Made by a program: the position numbers and the translations under genes
Notes under the pieces: model-generated
Databases searched by the model: none
Seen by the model: only the letters and a program-made list of their open reading frames with translations
What the model was told of the DNA's origin: nothing
Source of the DNA: Vulcanimicrobiota bacterium
Lineage (GTDB): Bacteria; Vulcanimicrobiota; Xenobia; Xenobiales; JADMJV01
Length of the DNA: 64,000 nt
Direction: 5' to 3'
NCBI GenBank assembly: GCA_050250895.1
Contig: JBFWNU010000005.1
Coordinates: 224,001-288,000, forward strand
Shown here: one piece after another, positions 27,615 to 34,941 of the stretch
Position numbering within the stretch: the first letter of the stretch is position 1
How the letters are laid out: every line of letters starts with the position of its first letter

Positions 27615-27618
27615 CCGG
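27242..27618 (+). repeat. 377-bp direct repeat, right copy
   Basis: Matches 17134..17510. Confidence 0.93.
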
Positions 27619-27715
27619 CCGCCTAGCAGCAGGCAGCCAACCCTGGCCGCAGGGTATCGGGCAAAACCCGCGAACGGGAACAAAAGCACCTCTTTGTGCT
27701 GTCTAACCCAAGAGC

Positions 27716-28345
27716 ATGGCATCGCTTCCTTTAACAGAGACTCTGGGAATTCGCCTCGGTTTAACCAGCGGCGAGTTTCGGGCTGTTCGGGAAGAGCCGC
27801 GCAGTTTGATTGCCCGGGCGTGTAGTGGTGAGGCCGGCGCCATCGAAGAGCTGGTGGAATACTATCAAGACACCATCTACTCGATCGCGATGACCTTCAC
27901 GCGCAACCCCCACCGGGCCGAAGACCTGGCTCAAGATGCCTGGATCCGCATCATCCGCGGCCTGTCGACCTTCAAGCAAGATTCGCGCTTCACCACCTGG
28001 GTGTATCGCATCACCATGAATACTTTCTTGAATTCGACTCGCAAGCGCGAACTCAACCTCGACGCCGATGAGCGGGTGCTTGAAGAGCCCCGTGGCGACG
28101 AGGGACGAGGGCAGGCCATGCTCGACACCAGCCTGGCCGTGCAAGAGGCCGTGCGCGAACTGCCCGACGAGTTTCGGGCTGTGGTTGCGCTGCGCTTTGC
28201 CGCCGATCTCTCTTATAAAGAGATCGCCCAGGTCCTGGACGTGCCGCTCGGAACGGTTCAGTCTCGCCTCAAACGCGGGCTGACCCGGCTAGCCGAGCGA
28301 TTGGGTAGCGACAGTGCCGAGGGGGTGCCCGTTGTCGCTGACTAG
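27716..28345 (+). CDS. ECF RNA polymerase sigma factor
   Basis: Region 2 AEDLAQDAWIR...FTTWVYRI..N and region 4 LSYKEIAQVLDVPLGTVQSRL.RG; true start may be further downstream. Confidence 0.92.
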   Translation: MASLPLTETLGIRLGLTSGEFRAVREEPRSLIARACSGEAGAIEELVEYYQDTIYSIAMTFTRNPHRAEDLAQDAWIRIIRGLSTFKQDSRFTTWVYRITMNTFLNSTRKRELNLDADERVLEEPRGDEGRGQAMLDTSLAVQEAVRELPDEFRAVVALRFAADLSYKEIAQVLDVPLGTVQSRLKRGLTRLAERLGSDSAEGVPVVAD

Positions 28346-28895
28346 CACTTATAAGGTTTTGCTGGTGGTGGGCTTCTTGATGCTCGACTTCGTGGGCTTT
28401 TACCTCACCGAGTATCGTGACAAGTGGGGCGAGTTGTCCGAGCTTGAAGAGCGGCTTGAACATCGCCATCTGGTGCTCGAGCAAAAGCGTGCCAAAGAAT
28501 ATGCCCTGGCCGACAGCGCCGACGAGATCGCCAAGCTCGAGGCCCATTTGAGCAACCTGCTGACCCAGCACCCTGAAGCCGAGGCGCTGGGTCTGTATAT
28601 CGACGGGCTTGAACAGATCGTGCTCTCTTCGTATGAGAACGAAGGCCTTCCCCTGGCTATCGAGTCGGTCACGCCGTTGCCGGCCTCACCCCCCGAAGGC
28701 TATCGCACTCAAGACTTTCAGATGAATTTCCTCGGCCGATATGACGCCATAGAGGACTTTCTCTACCAGATGAACGGTCTGCAATCCGAGCAACTAGTGG
28801 CCATCAGCAGTCTGCATCTGTCGAGCACCGACGAAGGACCGCTGCGCATCACCATGCCGATGCGGGCCTATCTGGGCGAAGAGGAGCAACCATGA
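28332..28895 (+). CDS. PilO/GspM-like membrane protein
   Basis: N-terminal TM, coiled coil and FQMNFLGRYDAIEDFL..MN.L..LVAISSL ferredoxin-like motif. Confidence 0.65.
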   Translation: MSLTSTYKVLLVVGFLMLDFVGFYLTEYRDKWGELSELEERLEHRHLVLEQKRAKEYALADSADEIAKLEAHLSNLLTQHPEAEALGLYIDGLEQIVLSSYENEGLPLAIESVTPLPASPPEGYRTQDFQMNFLGRYDAIEDFLYQMNGLQSEQLVAISSLHLSSTDEGPLRITMPMRAYLGEEEQP

Positions 28896-30517
28896 AGCTG
28901 CTCGATAGCCCGATGCTGATGCTGTTGGCCAGGCGGCGCGCTCGTCGCTGCCACACCCCGGCCGCCTATTGGGTCGGGCTGGGCCTGGTGCCGGTCGGGT
29001 TGACCGGTTGGTTGCCCATTTCGCCGCTGACCTCGCTGTTAATGATGTTGGCGGTCAACCTGATTTATCCGTTGTATCTGGCCGGACACGGGGCCATGGC
29101 TCTCGCTAGCTTGCGACGCGGGCGCTGTTTTGACGAGCTGCTGGGCAGCCGCACCACCGCGCGCGAACTGATCGACTCGGTGGCTTTGGACACGGCGATG
29201 GTCTTTGCCCGCACCGGTTTCTGGCTGCTGGGACCATGGGCTGGTTGGTTTTGGCTCCAGGGCCAATCGCCTGCCTGGGCGGTGCCGGCCTGGTTGGGGC
29301 AACTGGGGATGGCGGTGCTGCTCTCGTATCTGGCCCAGGCCGGCCAGAGCTGGTCGGACGGCGACGCCGACTTCGTCATCCGCCAGGCGGTGGTCGGCGT
29401 GGGGCTCGCCCCGGTGGTGCTCGGCGGTTCGCTCTTGCTCGGTCCCGAGCCCAACGCTCCAGGCTTGGCCGGCCTGGCCCTGGCCGTGGGGCTGGTCTGT
29501 CGGGCTCTGGCGGTGCGCGGCCTTGAAGCCTATCCTCGGCTGCGCGGCAAGATTCGCCAGGCCCGCGACCTGTTCGCTAGCCGCACCCCCGGCTGGGGCG
29601 ACATCTACGAATTGGGCATGGCCCAGAACCCCGTCGTGTTCCGTGAGCGCCGCGCCGAGGCACGCTACGCTCCGCTGGGCCGTTTCGGCCTGCTGCTGGG
29701 CCGGCACGGTTTTGCCGCTTTGCTGCTGGCCGCAGTCGCTGGCACCGCCTATCGGGCGCTCGAGGCCCACTGGGCCAATCTGCAGGGTGTCTTGTGGATG
29801 ACGGTGGTGGTCTTTTTCGTGGTGCAGACCCTGCGGGCGGCGTATCGCACCGTCGGTTCGCTAGTCGACGAGCGCGAGAGCGGCACCCTCGAGTCGCTTT
29901 TGCAGACCACCCTCTCGGGTCGTGACTGGATCGCGGGTTGGGTCATGGTGGGCTTTGCTCCGCGCGCCATCGAGAACCTGGTGGCCGGCCTTCTGTGGGT
30001 GGGCGTGGCCTGGCTGGGTGGACAGAGTCCGCTTCGCTTCGGTCTTTGCCTGATTCTGTTGATGGGCTTTACGCTGGCCGCTACTTATGCCGGCATCTGC
30101 GCCTCGGCCGTGTCGTCGAGTCGCGAGCAAGCTCTGGACCGAGTCGGTGTCGACCTGTCGGCCGGCTTGTGGTTGCTGGGCATGGTGGCCTTGTTGGTAG
30201 CTCTGTGGGCGCCGGGTCCGCTGGCTCTGGTAGGGCTGGCACTGGGCGCGGGTATTCTGGTCCGTTATCAACGAGCGGCCCTCGGACTGTTGCTCGAGAC
30301 CCCGGTGCACGACCAGGACGAGTCGTGGGTTGAAGAAGTGTTGCGCAGCGGTTTGCAGCGGTCGGTTCCTGATGGCTTTGGCAATCGGCTGCATTCCCGT
30401 CTGGGAGAAGAGCCGGCAGCCGAGGTTTTGACCCATTCGCTACGCCAGGGAGTGCCCGATGGGTTCAAGTCGCGCCTGCTCGAGCGTCTCAGCCGCGAAG
30501 GCCTGACCGAAGAATAG
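28892..30517 (+). CDS. ABC-2-type permease-like polytopic membrane protein with duplicated C-terminal VPDGF motif
   Basis: Multiple TMs; NPVVFRE and ERESGTLESLL.T.LS motifs; the tail repeats VPDGF..RL..RL. Confidence 0.7.
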   Translation: MKLLDSPMLMLLARRRARRCHTPAAYWVGLGLVPVGLTGWLPISPLTSLLMMLAVNLIYPLYLAGHGAMALASLRRGRCFDELLGSRTTARELIDSVALDTAMVFARTGFWLLGPWAGWFWLQGQSPAWAVPAWLGQLGMAVLLSYLAQAGQSWSDGDADFVIRQAVVGVGLAPVVLGGSLLLGPEPNAPGLAGLALAVGLVCRALAVRGLEAYPRLRGKIRQARDLFASRTPGWGDIYELGMAQNPVVFRERRAEARYAPLGRFGLLLGRHGFAALLLAAVAGTAYRALEAHWANLQGVLWMTVVVFFVVQTLRAAYRTVGSLVDERESGTLESLLQTTLSGRDWIAGWVMVGFAPRAIENLVAGLLWVGVAWLGGQSPLRFGLCLILLMGFTLAATYAGICASAVSSSREQALDRVGVDLSAGLWLLGMVALLVALWAPGPLALVGLALGAGILVRYQRAALGLLLETPVHDQDESWVEEVLRSGLQRSVPDGFGNRLHSRLGEEPAAEVLTHSLRQGVPDGFKSRLLERLSREGLTEE

Positions 30518-30561
30518 AAAACAAGCCCGGCAAAGGCTTGTGAAATGGTCAGGCGACTCGT

Positions 30562-30738
30562 TTACTGGTTAGGCTGTTGCTCTTGAGCAGCCAGGGCAGC
30601 CCGGATGACGCAATCGTAAACCTGCATGTAAAGCGAGACAGCCTCTTCGGGCGTCTGGATATTACGATTGCGAATCAGCGGCGGCGTCAGGTTGAGCGCG
30701 ATACTGACAAATTGAGCATGGATCTTAGCGTCGTCCAC
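30562..30738 (-). CDS. small hypothetical protein (58 aa), not in ORF track
   Basis: GTG 30738 to TAA 30562 gives MDDAKIHAQFVSIALNLTPPLIRNRNIQTPEEAVSLYMQVYDCVIRAALAAQEQQPNQ; it follows the DAGK gene on the same strand. Confidence 0.55.
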   Translation of the reverse strand: MDDAKIHAQFVSIALNLTPPLIRNRNIQTPEEAVSLYMQVYDCVIRAALAAQEQQPNQ

Positions 30739-30790
30739 GAAGGGGGCTTTCGCCTAGTTCAGGCACCCTCCTGCAGGGCCTGAGGGCAGT

Positions 30791-31687
30791 TCAGAATCGG
30801 GCTTTGATGGCTCCTGGAAGGACCTCGACCTCGACCGGGGTCTCACCCACCAGCTCTCCGTCGAGCTGAATTCGCTCGACCGGGTCGGTGGTCACACTAA
30901 AGCGAGGAACCTGATAGTATTGCACGCCCGGCAGGTCGATGTGCTTGCCGGTCACGGTGCCTAACAGCTGGCGCACCGTCTCGGGATAGGTGGTGCGCGG
31001 CAGCAGACAAAGATCGAGCAGGCCGTCGTCAGGCCGGGCTTTGGGAGCGGTGCGAAAACGGCCGCCATAGGTCTGGATGTTGCCTACCAGCAGCAGCCAG
31101 AAGTCGAGGTTTACCTCGGTATTGCCGATCTTGAGACTCATCTTTCGACTCTTGACGTGATACTCCTGAAACTTTTCGAGCGAGGTCAAGAGATAGCCCA
31201 GGGCGCCCAGGGCCGCCTTGCGTTTGGCGGGCAGATGGTAGGCCACATGGGCATCAAAGCCCACCCCCATGAAGCAGATGAAATGGCGACCGCCGGCTTT
31301 GCCCACATCCAGGGCTCGCGGTTCGGTCTCGAGCACATGCCGGCAGGCCCTCTCGACCTGGATTGGCACCCCCATCTCACGGGCCAACACGTTCTCGGTG
31401 CCGAGCGGGACAACGCCCAGCGATACCGACGTTCCGACCACGCCGTTGACCACCTCGTTGATGGTGCCGTCGCCACCCGCCGCCACCACGCAGTCAAAGC
31501 CGTTCCGCTCGGCCTCGTGAGCGACTCTGGTGGCATCACCGGGTCCGGTGGTCAGGTGAAGGTGCCAATCGATGCCCGCCGCGTCAAAGGTCTTGCGTAA
31601 CTTGTCCAGGGGTGATCCAAGCCGGATTCGGGACAACCCCGCTTTGGGGTTTGAGATGGCCAGCAGCCGCAAATTCGACCTCCCCAA
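30791..31687 (-). CDS. diacylglycerol/lipid kinase family protein (YegS/DAGK)
   Basis: NPKAG, AGGDGTINEV, PLGTENVLA, GVGFDA, DDGLLD and QLDGE motifs. Confidence 0.92.
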   Translation of the reverse strand: MGRSNLRLLAISNPKAGLSRIRLGSPLDKLRKTFDAAGIDWHLHLTTGPGDATRVAHEAERNGFDCVVAAGGDGTINEVVNGVVGTSVSLGVVPLGTENVLAREMGVPIQVERACRHVLETEPRALDVGKAGGRHFICFMGVGFDAHVAYHLPAKRKAALGALGYLLTSLEKFQEYHVKSRKMSLKIGNTEVNLDFWLLLVGNIQTYGGRFRTAPKARPDDGLLDLCLLPRTTYPETVRQLLGTVTGKHIDLPGVQYYQVPRFSVTTDPVERIQLDGELVGETPVEVEVLPGAIKARF

Positions 31688-31777
31688 AAAAGTTCCGATT
31701 TTTCTGCCACCCGGGCTAGACAGACTCCTCGCCGGTCGTGAAGAAGTCTTAACACCTTACAGGAGAGGGGCACCCAG

Positions 31778-31900
31778 GTGCAGATTTTCAATCCGTATCA
31801 GTATCAGCTTCGTGAAAAGACGGTAAGCGACACTCAGACGGAACTAGCCTGCAGTCTGTTAGCAGCCCTCTCCAAAATCACCGCCGCCATCGCTCGCTAG
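31778..31900 (+). CDS. small hypothetical protein (40 aa), not in ORF track
   Basis: AGGAGAGGGG RBS 7 nt before GTG; MQIFNPYQYQLREKTVSDTQTELACSLLAALSKITAAIAR. Confidence 0.5.
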   Translation: MQIFNPYQYQLREKTVSDTQTELACSLLAALSKITAAIAR

Positions 31901-31971
31901 GTCGGCGCAAAGTCGATTGCTCCAGGTTATTGGGGTCTCGACCTGAGCGACAGCCCATTCGCTCCTTCCCC

Positions 31972-32037
31972 CGACCGAAGACTCCTCCTCTTCCCTCCAA
32001 CGCCAGAGTTCCTTTTCTCGCCCGCGAAGCGAGCGCT
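31972..32037 (-). repeat. dispersed REP-like element (copy B)
   Basis: The reverse complement begins AGCGCTCGCTTCGC, then CGAGAAA.GGA.CTCT...GAGGGAA...CTTCGG, as at 11712-11780. Confidence 0.65.
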
Positions 32038-32039
32038 TC

Positions 32040-34370
32040 CTATCCGGCGATAGGGGCGTCGAGACACTTGTCGGGAATCCCGAAAGCCTCGACCAGAGCC
32101 AGCGCATTGGCTCGCACCTTCTTGCACAGAACCAGGTTCTCGCGACGAATGGCTTTGGATTTGGCCGCTTCCAGATAGCCGGCCTCGAGGTACCAGCCGC
32201 GGTCGGCTTCGAGGCGCGACAGGGCGAACAGGTCGCAGACATCCTTGAGGGCAGCTTTGAGCGAGTCATCTGCCAGGCCGGCGACTCGGGCGACGAACTG
32301 CTCGAGAATGATACGCTCGATGTGGGCATTGGCCAGCTTGAGCAGGTGGTCCTGGCAGTCGTTGAAAGCATGGAAAGAATCCCAGCCAGCGTCGATCTTC
32401 TTCTTGAGGCGTCGGGCCACCGACACCAGCAGCGAGTCCTCGCGATAGCGGAACGCGGCTTGCTGGAACTCGGGGTCGCGCAAGTGGGCCGGGTCCGTGT
32501 TGCGGGTGGTGATGGGATTTTGTTCGGCGATGGCGATGGCGGCTTTGCCGGTCAGGTATTTGACGATACCGAAGAACTTCATCGACGAGAACTGGTGGCG
32601 GAACTCGGTCAGCAGGCCCTTGGCCACCAACTGCATCAGTACCGGGTTGGCTCCTTCGAAGGTGGCGAAAACATCGGTGTCGGCTTTGAGGGCCCCGAAG
32701 CGGTTCTCGGAGAGATAGCCCTGGCCGCCGCAGGCCTCGCGGCAGACCTGCAGGGTCTCGATGTTGTTCCAACTGGCCCAGGCTTTGAGGCCGGCCGCCA
32801 GGCTCTCGAGGTCGCGGGTGTCGGCGTCGGGGTCTTGCTCGACCATCTTCTCGGCCAGATGAGCCGAGGCGAAGGTCAGGGCGTAGGCGTTGGCCAGCAG
32901 CGGCATCAGACTGCGCTGGTGAGCCTGATAGTCGAGTAGCACGGTCTCGGGCTCGCCGGCGGCGCCGAACTGACGCCGTTTGGCGCCGTAGCGAATGGCG
33001 ATGGTGAGGCCCAGACGCGAGACAGCCGTGGCCGCTCCGGCGATGCTGATGCGGCCCATGACCAGCGTGCCGAGCATGGTGAAGAAGCGCTTGGAAGCGC
33101 TGTTGATAGGGCTGGTGTAGTGGCCCTCGGGCGAGACCTGGGCGAATCGGTCGAGCAGGTTCTCGCGGGGAATGCGAATGTGATCAAAGCGAATGCGGCC
33201 GTTGTCGACCCCGTTGAGGCCGATCTTCTCGCCGTCGTCCTCCAGGTAAATCCCCGGCAGCGCGTTATTTTGCAGATCACGAATCGGCACCAGGAAGGCG
33301 TGCACCCCGTAACTGGTATCGTCGATGACGAGCTGGGCGAAGACGGTGGCCATGCGAGCGTGCAAAGCCGCGTTGCCGATATAGTCTTTGCGGGCCGACG
33401 GGGTGGGAGTGTGGATGATGAATTCGCCGCGGGTCTTGTCGTAAGTTGCCGTGGTCTCGATGTCGCGCACGTTCGAGCCGTGGCCGGTCTCGGTCATGGC
33501 GAAGCAGCCCGGCAACTCGAGGCTGATGACCTTAGGCAGGATCTCGCGGTGATGGCGCTCGGTGCCCAGGTTGAAGACGCTGCCGCCAAACAGGCCAACG
33601 TGCACGCCGAATTTGATCATGAGACTGACATCGAAACTGGCCAGTTCCTCGGCGATGGCTAGAAAGCCGCCCAGGTTATCCTCGCCCCCAAACTCGCGCG
33701 GATAGGCGATGCCGCTGATCCCCTCGTGGGCTAGTTCGCGACACCAGCTCAAGACGCGCTCGCGGAAGGCGGCTCGGGGCAGACCGTATTCGTGGCGAAA
33801 GCGGGGGTGGCTGAGAATCGAGCGGATGCGCTTGCGCTCGGCCCGGTATCTGCCTTCGAGCAGCGCCTGCAGGGCTTTGGGGTCAAAAGTCGGCTCGGGC
33901 TCGCGATCGGTGGGCGGAGGAGGGGATTCGATGAGCATCTCGCGCGAAGCCTCGGAACCCACCGCGCCCAGAGCTTCTTGAAGATCGATCAGAGCGCGCT
34001 TGACGCTGGGGCTGGCTGATTCGACTTGCTCGGCCATGGCGTAACCCAGATCGGCGAGGTCCAAACGGGTGGATTCGGGCAATTGAGCGGCCGACTTGCG
34101 GATGGTCGAGAGCAGGATCTGCAACTGGTGGGCCGAGGGGGGCGAGTGAGGATCGAGCCAGACGGCCAGCAGGGCTCGGGTCTCGTCGTCGAGCCCGGTG
34201 TGTTCACGAATGCTCGACTGCAGGCTTTGCAATTCTTGTGAGCCTAGCGTCCCGTTGGCCCAGGCCACGTAGATCATCGGTAGAAAGGGCAGAAGTGTCT
34301 TGCTCTCGGTGCTGCGAACCGGGGTCTGTGTGGTCACTTGATCTCCTCGCATGATCCCCCTATAGGACAT
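32040..34370 (-). CDS. acyl-CoA oxidase-like acyl-CoA dehydrogenase with N-terminal extension
   Basis: FAMTETGHGSNV, KIGLNGVDNG, RRQFG, CREACGGQG and TFEGANPV motifs; start may be 34352 or 34337. Confidence 0.92.
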   Translation of the reverse strand: MSYRGIMRGDQVTTQTPVRSTESKTLLPFLPMIYVAWANGTLGSQELQSLQSSIREHTGLDDETRALLAVWLDPHSPPSAHQLQILLSTIRKSAAQLPESTRLDLADLGYAMAEQVESASPSVKRALIDLQEALGAVGSEASREMLIESPPPPTDREPEPTFDPKALQALLEGRYRAERKRIRSILSHPRFRHEYGLPRAAFRERVLSWCRELAHEGISGIAYPREFGGEDNLGGFLAIAEELASFDVSLMIKFGVHVGLFGGSVFNLGTERHHREILPKVISLELPGCFAMTETGHGSNVRDIETTATYDKTRGEFIIHTPTPSARKDYIGNAALHARMATVFAQLVIDDTSYGVHAFLVPIRDLQNNALPGIYLEDDGEKIGLNGVDNGRIRFDHIRIPRENLLDRFAQVSPEGHYTSPINSASKRFFTMLGTLVMGRISIAGAATAVSRLGLTIAIRYGAKRRQFGAAGEPETVLLDYQAHQRSLMPLLANAYALTFASAHLAEKMVEQDPDADTRDLESLAAGLKAWASWNNIETLQVCREACGGQGYLSENRFGALKADTDVFATFEGANPVLMQLVAKGLLTEFRHQFSSMKFFGIVKYLTGKAAIAIAEQNPITTRNTDPAHLRDPEFQQAAFRYREDSLLVSVARRLKKKIDAGWDSFHAFNDCQDHLLKLANAHIERIILEQFVARVAGLADDSLKAALKDVCDLFALSRLEADRGWYLEAGYLEAAKSKAIRRENLVLCKKVRANALALVEAFGIPDKCLDAPIAG

Positions 34371-34405
34371 GATTGTCTATCCGCTCGGAGCGCCCTTCCA
34401 AAGTA

Positions 34406-34439
34406 AAAAAGAATCGGATGTCTCCATCCGATTCTTTTT
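34406..34439. terminator. intrinsic terminator (potentially bidirectional)
   Basis: Perfect 15-bp inverted repeat AAAAAGAATCGGATG-TCTC-CATCCGATTCTTTTT, downstream of 34539..34799. Confidence 0.85.
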
Positions 34440-34538
34440 CCGGATTGTGGTCTCAGTCCCGGTCCCACCACCGCCCTGCGGGAGATGGGAACCTCTTGGA
34501 CGAGGTAGGACTCGCTGAGGCCCTACCGGCTAGAAACT

Positions 34539-34799
34539 TTACTGACGGATATAGGCGTCGACCTGATTGAACATCTTGTCAGCCGTCTTGGCTTTGTTGA
34601 TGGTGACGTCCTGAGTGATTTCGAAGATCTTGGTCTGCGTGTCCTGCATGATCTTCCAGCGTTGCATCTGCTGTTTCTGAGCGTCAGCCTGGATCTGGGT
34701 CTGAATGGTCATCACCTGCTGCATCGCCTGCTGCTGCATCTGCTGCTGGGAAGCCATCTGGGTCATCATGAATTCGGGGCTAATCGCCATTGTTGTCAT
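34539..34799 (-). CDS. small Gln/Met-rich helical protein, possible secretion needle/pilin-like subunit
   Basis: 86 aa with GAGGGAG RBS, its own promoter-like region and terminator. The CDS is well supported; the function is inferred. Confidence 0.8.
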   Translation of the reverse strand: MTTMAISPEFMMTQMASQQQMQQQAMQQVMTIQTQIQADAQKQQMQRWKIMQDTQTKIFEITQDVTINKAKTADKMFNQVDAYIRQ

Positions 34800-34835
34800 C
34801 TCCCTCGAAGTGTTTAGGTTTCTTGTTCACCGTTG

Positions 34836-34862
34836 TTATCACGCGGGGTCTTCGAAAGTAAA
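34836..34862 (-). promoter_or_regulatory. sigma28 (FliA)-like promoter
   Basis: Minus strand TTTA-N15-CGTGATAA versus consensus TAAA-N15-GCCGATAA. Confidence 0.45.
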
Positions 34863-34869
34863 CCGTCGT

Positions 34870-34891
34870 GTTTGTTAACTGTTTGTTAACT
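34870..34891. promoter_or_regulatory. perfect tandem 11-bp repeat, probable transcription factor site
   Basis: GTTTGTTAACT-GTTTGTTAACT in an AT-rich divergent intergenic region. Confidence 0.65.
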
Positions 34892-34941
34892 GGTTCGGTT
34901 GAACAGGGCTTAAGACCTCTCTTGCGCCCAGAGGTTTCACC

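Noticed and set aside
17120-27618. Composite transposon or prophage
   Set aside because: The repeats are Uma2 coding sequence. I saw no transposase, integrase, terminal inverted repeats, target duplication or phage genes.
30577-30783. Plus-strand 68-aa ORF from the track
   Set aside because: No RBS or motif; the overlapping minus-strand 58-aa ORF looks more protein-like and follows the upstream gene's orientation.
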